Part shown: one piece after another, positions 1 to 7,897 of the stretch
Numbering within the stretch: position 1 is the first letter of the stretch
How the letters are laid out: each line of letters starts with the position of its first letter
From: an uncultured Bacilli bacterium
GTDB lineage: Bacteria > Bacillota_I > Bacilli_A > RF39 > UBA660
Length of the DNA: 48,088 nt
Direction of reading: 5' to 3'
NCBI GenBank assembly: GCA_947629475.1
Contig: CANRDV010000003.1
Location: forward strand, 1 to 48,088
Program-made: the position numbers and the translations under genes
Notes under the pieces: generated by a model
What the model saw: the letters and a program-made list of their open reading frames with translations, nothing else
The model's database searches: none
Told to the model about the DNA's origin: nothing

Positions 1-255
1 AAAAATATTCGTATTAAAGTAGGAGACTATGTAGACCAAAATACAATAATAGCAACCATGGGTGGAGATTCCTCTACTTGGTGGTATGATAAATGTACAA
101 CAGGACAACACTTACACTTTGCAGTTGCTAGAGGTTTATACATGAAAGATTATACAAGTTTCTCAACTTATGAAGCAAGAAACATCAATCCAACCTCAGT
201 TGTAAACTTCCCATCTCCTGGTGTATGGTTTGCTAATCGAGTTCAAAGATATTAA
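1..255 (+). CDS. M23 family peptidase, C-terminal part (5' end outside window)
   Basis: Frame 1 is open from base 1: KNIRIKVGDYVDQNTIIATMGG...TTGQHLHF...INP, matching the M23 pattern VxxGdxV...IxxxG...TGxHLHF...INP. Confidence 0.8.
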   Translation, partial: KNIRIKVGDYVDQNTIIATMGGDSSTWWYDKCTTGQHLHFAVARGLYMKDYTSFSTYEARNINPTSVVNFPSPGVWFANRVQRY

Positions 256-260
256 AATAA

Positions 261-288
261 AAAGTGTCGTTTTTTCGACATTTTTTTA
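261..288 (+). terminator. Intrinsic terminator
   Basis: Hairpin AAAGTGTCG/CGACATTTT followed by a T-run just after the stop at 255. Confidence 0.6.
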
Positions 289-322
289 CAAACAAAAAAG
301 ATATAATAACTTTGTGATTAAT

Positions 323-493
323 ATGAAAGTTAAAATATTTGATGAAGAAGACGAAAGTGATTTAGAAAAAAGTATCAATGATTTTTTAGACAGTGAAGAT
401 ATTGATGTAATTGACATCAAATTTCAAACAACAATGTTTGTTTCTGGAGAAGAACAAATATATTGTTTTTCAGCTATGATTATTTATAACTAA
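323..493 (+). CDS. cse60: Sporulation protein Cse60 (YteV/DUF2758)-like
   Basis: MKVKIFDEEDESDLEKSINDFL...IDIKFQ...EQIYCFSAMIIY matches the family. The real start is probably ATG 323, in frame with track ORF 221. Confidence 0.75.
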   Translation: MKVKIFDEEDESDLEKSINDFLDSEDIDVIDIKFQTTMFVSGEEQIYCFSAMIIYN

Positions 494-729
494 AGCATAT
501 ACATATTGTCATTATCATCATTTTGAGAATTACTCTTTAAAAAAGTAGGATTACCTCCTTCTAATCTATTAACTTTATTTTCAAGCATCCGAACTTGTCT
601 TTCAAGTCTATTAAGTCGATTATTAAGTCTTTCAAACATTACTTCATTATAATTATTTCCATATCCAGGATTTTGATTCATATTTAAATTAGGATTAAAA
701 TCTCCATAATATGGCATTTGATTATTCAT
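490..729 (-). CDS. Small N/Q/P/Y-rich coiled-coil protein, possibly spore-associated
   Basis: RBS GAGGTG and upstream CATATAAT (mother-cell sigma -10-like). Heptad RLNRLERQVRMLENKVNRLE. Confidence 0.55.
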   Translation of the reverse strand: MNNQMPYYGDFNPNLNMNQNPGYGNNYNEVMFERLNNRLNRLERQVRMLENKVNRLEGGNPTFLKSNSQNDDNDNMYML

Positions 730-808
730 AAAAATTCACCTCTAATTTATTATATGTACTTTCTTAATTTTGGTTTTTAATGTATAATAGAGTTATGAAA
801 GGTGAATT

Positions 809-1444
809 ATGAGACAGAGAAATGTTAAAAACAAAAAAGAAATAATTGAAAACTCGAAATATTTTTTAGATAATCCAAGTATTTATAAAGGTAATTGGCA
901 AAAAGTATTTAACAATAACAACCCAATTCATATAGAAATAGGGATGGGTAAAGGTCAATTTATTATTGAAAATGCTATTCGTTATAAAGATATAAATTTT
1001 ATAGGTATAGAAAAATTTGATAGTATTCTAGCACTTGCTTTAAAAAAAGTTCCTGATGATATTTTAAATCTTAAGATGTTAAGATTAGATGCTATTGATA
1101 TTGAAAATATATTCTCTTCTGAAATTACAACTATTTATTTAAACTTTTCAGACCCATGGCCAAAAAAAAGACATGAAAAAAGAAGATTAACTAGTCCTAA
1201 TTTCTTAGAAAAATATGATAAAATATTTAAAGATAGTAATCATATTATTATGAAAACCGATAATAAAGATTTATTTGCTTATAGCATTAAAACTTTCAAT
1301 AACTATGGATATTACATTGAAGATATAACTTTTGACCTAGAAGCAAGGAATGATTCTTCGAATATCAAGACAGAATATGAGCAAAAATTTACAAAACTTA
1401 ACAATCCTATCTATAAAATTGAAGTAATAAAGAAGAAAAATTAA
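809..1444 (+). CDS. trmB: tRNA (guanine-N7)-methyltransferase TrmB
   Basis: Motifs EIGMGKG, GIEK, LNFSDPWPKKRHEKRRLT, KTDN and TEYE. Confidence 0.95.
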   Translation: MRQRNVKNKKEIIENSKYFLDNPSIYKGNWQKVFNNNNPIHIEIGMGKGQFIIENAIRYKDINFIGIEKFDSILALALKKVPDDILNLKMLRLDAIDIENIFSSEITTIYLNFSDPWPKKRHEKRRLTSPNFLEKYDKIFKDSNHIIMKTDNKDLFAYSIKTFNNYGYYIEDITFDLEARNDSSNIKTEYEQKFTKLNNPIYKIEVIKKKN

Positions 1445-1501
1445 AAAAAGGGTATATATTTATTAAAAAATTTGGTATAATGAAAAAAGAGTAGGTGGAA
1501 T

Positions 1502-2176
1502 ATGAAAAAATTTATATGTCTCGCTCTAATAGTTTTACTTCTTTCAGGCTGTAGTATATCAAAAGTCGAAGAAGATAGCTTTGAAAGTATTATTAATACT
1601 GTTTTATATAAAGATACAAACTTAGCAAACTCATCATTTGATGGTTATAAATTTTATTTACCAAGAGGAGTAATTGTAACTGAAAAAAAACAGTCTAATC
1701 TTGAAATTAAGGATGCTAAAAATTATTATTATTTATATGTTGATGCAATTTCTTATTATTATAAGACCAAAGCAACTCATAAAGTTGATAATAATATTTT
1801 CTATTCTAAAGATTTAAGTAATGGTAATAGTTTTGGTTATATTGATATTTCTAAAGTAAATAATAAATATTTTATTGAAGTTATGTATAACTATGCTAAA
1901 ATTGAGGCTTATGTTGAAGAAGATAATTTATATGATGCATTTTTAAATATTTGCTATATTTTATCGACTATTGATTTTAATGAAAGTGTTATTAACTATC
2001 GATTAAGTAACAAAGAGCTTGAGACAACAACTGAAGAATTTAATATATTTAAATCAAAGAAAGATGATGATAACTTCTTACAATATATAGAAGAATTTGA
2101 TAAATATGAAGGTAATACCAATGAGAATACTGGTCAAGACCAAGATAGTCTTGAAACAGATAAAACGAATGAATAA
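1502..2176 (+). CDS. Lipoprotein of unknown function
   Basis: Signal peptide with lipobox LLLSGC. RBS AGGTGG and upstream TGGTATAAT. Confidence 0.75.
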   Translation: MKKFICLALIVLLLSGCSISKVEEDSFESIINTVLYKDTNLANSSFDGYKFYLPRGVIVTEKKQSNLEIKDAKNYYYLYVDAISYYYKTKATHKVDNNIFYSKDLSNGNSFGYIDISKVNNKYFIEVMYNYAKIEAYVEEDNLYDAFLNICYILSTIDFNESVINYRLSNKELETTTEEFNIFKSKKDDDNFLQYIEEFDKYEGNTNENTGQDQDSLETDKTNE

Positions 2177-2181
2177 GGAAG

Positions 2182-3150
2182 GTGATTAAAATGGGATTTG
2201 TAGATAAGTTAAAGAATATTTTCTTTGAAGAAGAAGAGGAAGATGAAGAAGCAATTGAAGATACAAGACCTTTAAAAAAACTAAAAGAAAAAGAGAAGGT
2301 TAAGGAACGTGGTGAAATAGAAGTTTCAAAAGAACCTCAAGAGGAAGTAATAGCTAAGAAGGTTGAAATTCCAAGAAGAAAAAAAGAAGAAATTACAGAA
2401 GAACCTCCTCGAGCAGTTGAAGAAATTAATTACAACCAACAACCTAGACGTTTTAGAGAGACTCCAGAGCAATATGAAGAAATTCCAAGAGAAGAGCCAC
2501 CAAAAAAGGAACAATCTAAAATAAGTAATATAATATTTGATGATGAAGATTTCTTATTAAGTGATATTAAACCTAAAGAAGAACCAAAAAGGGAAGAAAA
2601 AACTTCTAAAGTAAGAGATTCTTATAAAGAAAGAGAGATTCGTGAAAAAGAACCACCAACTTATGAATACAAAAGAAAAGAAGAAACTAAACCTCGTGGT
2701 TTTACTCCATCACCAATTATTTCCCCAATTTATGGTATTCTTGATAAAAACTATCGAAAAGAAGAAGTTAAAGAAAAAAAAGAAATTAGACTTACAAGTA
2801 GAGTAGATAGATTAGATTTAGATTCTGTTCGTAATAAAGCTTTTGGTGATTTAGAAAATGATTTATTTCCAGGAAGTATAGATGATGATATTAAAACTGA
2901 AATTCCAAGACAGGAGATAAATAAAATCAAAGAAGATATGGAAGATGATGGAAAGCCAGTTGTTGATAAAGTAACGTTAGGTGAAGCTGATGAATACTAT
3001 AGTGATTTAGGTCTTGCGTATAATACAGATTACAAAGATATTTCTAAAGAAATAAATGATGGTAAAGTTAAATCGAAAAAAGAAAAAGAAGGTAGGCTAG
3101 AAGATAATTTATTTGATTTAATAGATGATGAATATGATAGGGAGGATTAA
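2182..3150 (+). CDS. Highly charged, probably disordered protein with an SftA/YtpT N-terminal-like motif
   Basis: E/K/P-rich, N-terminal amphipathic MGFVDKLKNIFF, motif FTPSPIISPIYG. No motor domain. Confidence 0.55.
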   Translation: MIKMGFVDKLKNIFFEEEEEDEEAIEDTRPLKKLKEKEKVKERGEIEVSKEPQEEVIAKKVEIPRRKKEEITEEPPRAVEEINYNQQPRRFRETPEQYEEIPREEPPKKEQSKISNIIFDDEDFLLSDIKPKEEPKREEKTSKVRDSYKEREIREKEPPTYEYKRKEETKPRGFTPSPIISPIYGILDKNYRKEEVKEKKEIRLTSRVDRLDLDSVRNKAFGDLENDLFPGSIDDDIKTEIPRQEINKIKEDMEDDGKPVVDKVTLGEADEYYSDLGLAYNTDYKDISKEINDGKVKSKKEKEGRLEDNLFDLIDDEYDRED

Positions 3151-3153
3151 TAA

Positions 3154-3435
3154 ATGGAATTTTTATTACTTTTACTAGCGATTTTTGGAATAATTTTAAT
3201 AATTACTTTAATAATATTATGTGTAAGGTTAAACTTTACACTTTCAAGAATTAATTTATTGCTTGATGATGTAAATGAAAAAATGGAAGTTGTTGACCAA
3301 ATATTTTCAGTAATTTCTAAAGTTACAAATTCGATTAACTTGGTAAATGATAAAGTAGTTGGTATGATAACTTCAGTAGTTACAAGCTTAGTTACAAAAT
3401 TTAAAAGAAAGAAAGAAGAAGAGGAGGAATTTTAA
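3154..3435 (+). CDS. YtxG/DUF948 (FacZ)-like membrane protein
   Basis: N-terminal TM helix, coiled coil and basic tail, directly upstream of a YtxH gene as in Bacillus ytxG-ytxH. Confidence 0.6.
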   Translation: MEFLLLLLAIFGIILIITLIILCVRLNFTLSRINLLLDDVNEKMEVVDQIFSVISKVTNSINLVNDKVVGMITSVVTSLVTKFKRKKEEEEEF

Positions 3436-3870
3436 ATGGGAAAGAAAAGTTTTGGTAATTTAGCGTTAGGAGTTGCAATTGGAGCAAGTTTAGGAATTTT
3501 ATTTGCACCTAAAAAAGGAAGTGAAACAAGAAGGGCTTTAAAGGGTAAGATGTTAGATTTAACATCAAAAGCTAAAGAATTAAGTATTTCTGATGTTTCT
3601 GATATGGTTCAAGATAAGATTACAGAAATCAGACATGATTTAAATGACTTAGATAAGGAAAAAGTTTTAAAAGTTGCAAGAGATAAGTCTGAAGCAATTA
3701 AAAAAAAATGTGAGGATTTAGTTAAACTTGCAATTGATAAAGGAACACCTGTTCTAAAAGATGCAGCTGAAGAAGTTCGTGATAAAACAATTGAAGTCAT
3801 GAAAGATATGATTGCAAAACTTGAAAATGCTGGTCCTGGACCAAAGTCTGAACCTAAAAAAGCAAAATAG
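3436..3870 (+). CDS. YtxH domain protein
   Basis: Signature GVAIGASLGILFAPKKGSETR. Confidence 0.85.
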   Translation: MGKKSFGNLALGVAIGASLGILFAPKKGSETRRALKGKMLDLTSKAKELSISDVSDMVQDKITEIRHDLNDLDKEKVLKVARDKSEAIKKKCEDLVKLAIDKGTPVLKDAAEEVRDKTIEVMKDMIAKLENAGPGPKSEPKKAK

Positions 3871-3888
3871 TTGATTTTGATTATTAAG

Positions 3889-3917
3889 TAGATATAGTTA
3901 TGTATATCTCTTTTTTT
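3889..3917 (+). terminator. Intrinsic terminator of the ytxG/ytxH operon
   Basis: Hairpin AGATATA-gttatg-TATATCT followed by a T-run. Confidence 0.6.
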
Positions 3918-3941
3918 ATTAATTGATATTCTTTACTTGAC

Positions 3942-4574
3942 CGTTACGAAAAAAAGGTTCAGGCCACGTGCTTAAGCACGTAAATTCTTAAGAATTTAGA
4001 GGTAATTTATTGCCAAGGCCGGCAAAAGGATATATAATATTGAGACAAAAGCGATGCGAAGAAAAATGAGAAAATCAAGTCACGTCCAATATGATATCCA
4101 AATGCATATAGTATGGACAACAAAATATAGATATAAAGTATTAAATGGAAGAATAGGAGAGAGAGTAAGAGAACTAATAAGGCAAAGTTGTAATAGTATG
4201 GACGTGACGATAATAAGTGGAAGCATAGGCAAGGAACATATACATTTGTTAGTGTCAATGCCGCCGAGCTTAAGTGTCTCAAAATTAGTCCAACAGCTCA
4301 AAGGAGTGACATCAAGAAAAATATTAATGGAATATAGAGAAGTAAAACAAAGATACTGGGGAGGACATATGTGGGCTGTTGGATACTTTTGCCGGAGTGT
4401 AGGATTTGTGACAGAAAAAGTAATAAAAGATTATATAGCAAATCAAAGCGACGAATCAGAAGATAATTTCAAAGTCTTAGGTTGAGATAGAGATAATAAT
4501 AAGGTAGAGTTTACTCTTAGAATGTACTTTCAGTACTAAGACAAGCCATGCACTTTAGTGCATGGTGTGTTGAC
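3942..4574 (+). mobile_element. IS200/IS605-family insertion sequence (tnpA only)
   Basis: Left flank TTGAC (3937-3941). Left subterminal palindromes ACGTGCTTAAGCACGT (3966-3981) and TAAATTCTTAAGAATTTA (3981-3998). Right hairpin CCATGCAC-TTTA-GTGCATGG (4546-4565). End TTGAC (4570-4574). Confidence 0.85.
4054..4485 (+). CDS. tnpA: IS200/IS605 Y1 (HUH) transposase TnpA
   Basis: HIVWTTKYRYKVL, HUH motif EHIHLL, LKGVTSR, WAVGYF, catalytic Tyr in DYIANQ. The start may be ATG 4066. Confidence 0.95.
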   Translation: MRRKMRKSSHVQYDIQMHIVWTTKYRYKVLNGRIGERVRELIRQSCNSMDVTIISGSIGKEHIHLLVSMPPSLSVSKLVQQLKGVTSRKILMEYREVKQRYWGGHMWAVGYFCRSVGFVTEKVIKDYIANQSDESEDNFKVLG

Positions 4575-4598
4575 AAAAGTTATACATTATTATATTAT
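4570..4598 (+). promoter_or_regulatory. Sigma-A promoter formed across the IS right end
   Basis: TTGACA (4570-4575), 17 bp, TATTAT (4593-4598), upstream of ORF 4651. Confidence 0.55.
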
Positions 4599-4650
4599 AA
4601 GATACAAAAAAATGCAATATCATTAAAAAATAATAAGGTGGTGTTTATAA

Positions 4651-5127
4651 ATGATAAAATCTACAGTAATGGATAAGAGAAAGTCATATTATTTAATGAA
4701 TAAAAATTATTCAAAAAAAGAACAAGATAATTTTAAAAATGGTAAGGTAATGGTAGTTAATTCTTTAAATGATATAGATGAATTTATTAAAAAAGCAAAT
4801 TATGAATCTACTAGTAATAAAAAATTATATTTTGGAAAGGTGAATAGTAAAACTTCTTTAAAAATAAAAAAGCAAACTGGAATTATGATAAATAATTATA
4901 ATTTGTCACTAAAAGCAAATGCTGTTAAACATATTTTTAAAAGGCATTCAAATGAAAAAGAAAAAATATCAGTTACGAAACAAGGTAAACCAATTTTAAT
5001 GTTTATAAAGAAATTAGGTGAAGTTTATTATTTGATAAATTCTATTTCGGATAAAAATTATTCTCTTGAAGTAATAACAATGTGGAAAAAAAATAAAAAG
5101 AAATCTGCCACTGTGGATAATGTATAA
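4651..5127 (+). CDS. PBECR3-like (Barnase/EndoU/ColE5-D/RelE-type) nuclease-domain protein, possibly internally shortened
   Basis: KKLYFGKV...IKKQTG...NYNLSL...VKHIFKRH...TKQGKP...FIKK...YYLI...SDK...LEVITMW resembles PBECR3 domains of phage polyvalent proteins as I recall them. RBS AAGGTGG. Confidence 0.55.
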   Translation: MIKSTVMDKRKSYYLMNKNYSKKEQDNFKNGKVMVVNSLNDIDEFIKKANYESTSNKKLYFGKVNSKTSLKIKKQTGIMINNYNLSLKANAVKHIFKRHSNEKEKISVTKQGKPILMFIKKLGEVYYLINSISDKNYSLEVITMWKKNKKKSATVDNV

Positions 5128-5175
5128 GCCTTATCCTAACGTCCGAAACGAACAGTGGTACGAGTTCTTTTTATG
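5085..5175 (-). ncRNA. Candidate antisense structured sRNA overlapping the 3' end of the nuclease gene
   Basis: Minus-strand promoter 5181-5209. Stems 5106-5114/5152-5160, 5115-5120/5131-5136, 5140-5142/5148-5150 and outer 5095-5102/5165-5172. Ends in a U-tract (A-runs 5086-5099 on + strand). Confidence 0.6.
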
Positions 5176-5180
5176 TATTA

Positions 5181-5209
5181 ATGATATCATAAAATTTGTT
5201 AATTGTCAA
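5181..5209 (-). promoter_or_regulatory. Antisense sigma-A promoter with extended -10
   Basis: Minus strand TTGACA (5209-5204), 17 bp, TGa-TATCAT (5186-5181). Confidence 0.7.
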
Positions 5210-5314
5210 TTCCTAAAAAATATTTATATTCCTTTACACAAAAATGTCTAGTCTCTTCCAATTTCTTAAAACTTGGTATATAATTAAATTATAATAAAGT
5301 AGAGGGTAAAGATA

Positions 5315-5935
5315 ATGGATGAAGAGAATAGTTTAATTAGTTTAATTAGTTTAATAGATGAAATATTTGATATCATTAAAACAGATTATTTAAAATATTT
5401 ATCCGATGATAAAAAAGACTTTTTAAAGAAACTTAATTATAAAAATCTTTTTACAATTAAAAATGATATTATTTATTATAAGACAGATTTAGTAACTTAT
5501 CCTTTAAAAAAAGAAGAGTTAACTATTGAAGTCTTAATATTCATGTGTCTTGCTCCTTTATGTGGAAATTTAACTCCCTTTAAAATATGTTTAATTGCAT
5601 CTGAAATAAAGTCATTGATTGAAAGGAATAATTTAGAAGGAAATAGAAACTTAGACTTTAATTTAATTGAAGTAATAAAAGAAAAAATATTAAATGATTT
5701 ACCATATAATATAATCTTTTTAGATACAGATATTGATATATTTAACTATTTAGCAACTGAAAAAGGTATTAGAACAGCTAAAATTTACTATTCATTAAAA
5801 CATGATTTTAACATCCATTTTCTAAAAGATGATTTTAATCCTTTAGAATATTTCTTAAAATACCAAGACTTAGAATATGAAACTAGTTATGATATAGTCT
5901 ATAACTTTATTGAAAATTCTATAATTTATAAATAA
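5315..5935 (+). CDS. Hypothetical protein
   Basis: 206-aa ORF with RBS GAGGG and upstream TGGTATATAAT. No family recognised. Confidence 0.6.
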   Translation: MDEENSLISLISLIDEIFDIIKTDYLKYLSDDKKDFLKKLNYKNLFTIKNDIIYYKTDLVTYPLKKEELTIEVLIFMCLAPLCGNLTPFKICLIASEIKSLIERNNLEGNRNLDFNLIEVIKEKILNDLPYNIIFLDTDIDIFNYLATEKGIRTAKIYYSLKHDFNIHFLKDDFNPLEYFLKYQDLEYETSYDIVYNFIENSIIYK

Positions 5936-5961
5936 ATTTAATTTTAAAATCATAGTATTAA

Positions 5962-6453
5962 TTGGTGATACTATTGAAAAAAATAAATGAAAATACTAAA
6001 AAGTTAATAATTGCTTTGATTATTCCTTTAGGAGTAGGGTTCTTATCATTTTTATTAACAAGGCAGGGAATAGCAAACTATTCAGAAAATCTGCTTAAAC
6101 CAACATTCGCTCCACCTAGTTTTCTCTTTGGAATAGTTTGGACAATTCTGTATATACTAATGGGAATATCAAGTTATATAATAAGTAAAGACATGTCAAG
6201 TCATAAGGATACTTGTTTATTAATCTATGGACTTAATTTAGTTTTAAACTTCCTATGGCCAATTATTTTCTTTAACTTTGAAGCCAGACTCTTTGCTTTT
6301 ATCTTTATTATTCTTTTAGATTTAGTAGTAATTTATATGATAATCTGTTTTCATGGAATATCGAAAACCGCAGCTTATTTACAAATACCATATCTTATAT
6401 GGCTAATATTTGCAACAATTTTAAACTTTAGTGTTTATTTTTTAAATCGATAA
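5962..6453 (+). CDS. tspO: TspO/MBR family tryptophan-rich sensory protein
   Basis: LxKPxFxPP...FGIVWTILYILMG...LNFLWPIIFF...IPYLIWLIFATILN, about five TM helices. Confidence 0.9.
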   Translation: MVILLKKINENTKKLIIALIIPLGVGFLSFLLTRQGIANYSENLLKPTFAPPSFLFGIVWTILYILMGISSYIISKDMSSHKDTCLLIYGLNLVLNFLWPIIFFNFEARLFAFIFIILLDLVVIYMIICFHGISKTAAYLQIPYLIWLIFATILNFSVYFLNR

Positions 6454-6471
6454 TTGTATAATATTAGGTAG

Positions 6472-7671
6472 GTGGGGCCTATGAATATAATTTTTCATAT
6501 TGATGTTAATAACGCATTCCTCTCTTGGAGTGCTGTTTATCTTTTAAAAAATGGATACAAAGAGGATATAAGAACTATCCCAAGTGTTGTAGCTGGAGAT
6601 GAAACCAAAAGACATGGGATTGTTTTAGCTAAAAGTGAAGTTGCTAAAAAGTATGGAATTAAAACAGCTGAAACGTTACATACTGCCAGGACTAAATGCA
6701 AAGAATTACAAATTTTTCCACCTAATTTTAATTTTTATAAAGAAATGTCTGATAAATTATATAATTACTATTTAACTTTTACTCCTGATGTTGAAAGGTT
6801 TTCAATTGATGAGTGTTTTCTTGATTTATCAAATACAACTCTTTTATATGATGATATTTTAGAACTTGCTTATAAAATGAAAAATGAAATTAAAGAAAAT
6901 TTTGGTTTTACTGTTAATATTGGAATAGGAAATAATAAACTATGCGCTAAAATGGCTGGAGATTTTTCAAAGCCTGATAAAGTTCATACCTTATTTTCTA
7001 ATGAAATTAAAATGAAACTTTGGCCTTTGCCAATTGAAGATTTGTTATTTATTGGAAAAAGTAGTAGTCAGGAATTAAGAAAATTAAATATAGAAACAAT
7101 AGGGGACCTTGCTAAAGCTAATCCTAATTTACTATATAAACACTTTAAAAATCGTAGTTCTTTTATGATTGAATATGCTAATGGCATAGATGATTCTAAA
7201 GTAATTAGTAAAAATGGTAAAAATAAATGTATTAGTTTTTCTGAAACTTTAGAGTTTGATACGAAAGATAAAGAATTTCTAAAACAAAAACTTATGATTA
7301 TGTGTGAAAAAATTGGTCTTAAATTAAGACGTGATAAACTTTATGCCAGAACAATTGCTATAACAATAAAGACTAATTATTTTAAAGATTATTCGCATCA
7401 AAAAAAGTTAGTAAATGAAACTAATAATACAATGGAACTTTATAAAAATGTTCTTGATATCTTAGATATAACTTTATCTGATAACTTAATTAGAAATATT
7501 GGAGTAAGAGTTTCAGATTTAGTTAAAACTAAGAATAGTCAAATTTCTTTATTTGATAAAATTCCTTCTCAAGAAGATGATAAAATTCAAGAAGTTTTAG
7601 ATGATATTAATTTAAAATATAATGATTTAAAGATAATGCCAGCTGTATTTTATCAAAAAGATAAAAAATAA
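6472..7671 (+). CDS. dinB: DNA polymerase IV (Y-family)
   Basis: HIDVNNAF, SIDE, GIGNNKLCAKMA, KPD and a little-finger C-terminus. Confidence 0.92.
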   Translation: MGPMNIIFHIDVNNAFLSWSAVYLLKNGYKEDIRTIPSVVAGDETKRHGIVLAKSEVAKKYGIKTAETLHTARTKCKELQIFPPNFNFYKEMSDKLYNYYLTFTPDVERFSIDECFLDLSNTTLLYDDILELAYKMKNEIKENFGFTVNIGIGNNKLCAKMAGDFSKPDKVHTLFSNEIKMKLWPLPIEDLLFIGKSSSQELRKLNIETIGDLAKANPNLLYKHFKNRSSFMIEYANGIDDSKVISKNGKNKCISFSETLEFDTKDKEFLKQKLMIMCEKIGLKLRRDKLYARTIAITIKTNYFKDYSHQKKLVNETNNTMELYKNVLDILDITLSDNLIRNIGVRVSDLVKTKNSQISLFDKIPSQEDDKIQEVLDDINLKYNDLKIMPAVFYQKDKK

Positions 7672-7710
7672 CTTTAGATTTTAGTGATAAATTAGCAATA
7701 TTCTAATAAT

Positions 7711-7733
7711 AGGTGAAGAAACTTCACCTTTTT
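7711..7733 (+). terminator. Intrinsic terminator after dinB
   Basis: AGGTGAAG-AAA-CTTCACCT followed by TTTT. Confidence 0.8.
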
Positions 7734-7897
7734 ATATACCTTAAATCCTTATTTTATAAGACTAAAAAAAAATTTGTAAAAACGTGTCAAATTAAAAATT
7801 TCCCGTGTATATTATATATGGAGGTTCTAAAGGACTTTTTTTACTATTTAGACTCCAATTAAGAATAAAGGATTTAAAAATATATGCGGAGGAAAAA

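Noticed and set aside
221-322. N-terminal extension of the Cse60-like ORF
   Set aside because: It overlaps the upstream gene and its terminator. Family similarity starts at ATG 323.
4486-4574. TnpB or omega-RNA cargo in the IS
   Set aside because: Only about 90 bp separate the tnpA stop from the right end, with no tnpB ORF.
5095-5172. Hammerhead ribozyme (three stems and GAAAC)
   Set aside because: There is no CUGANGA core on either strand.
7805-7897. GTG-started extension of the Rpn ORF
   Set aside because: A strong GGAGG RBS precedes ATG 7898, and the upstream part looks like promoter and leader sequence.
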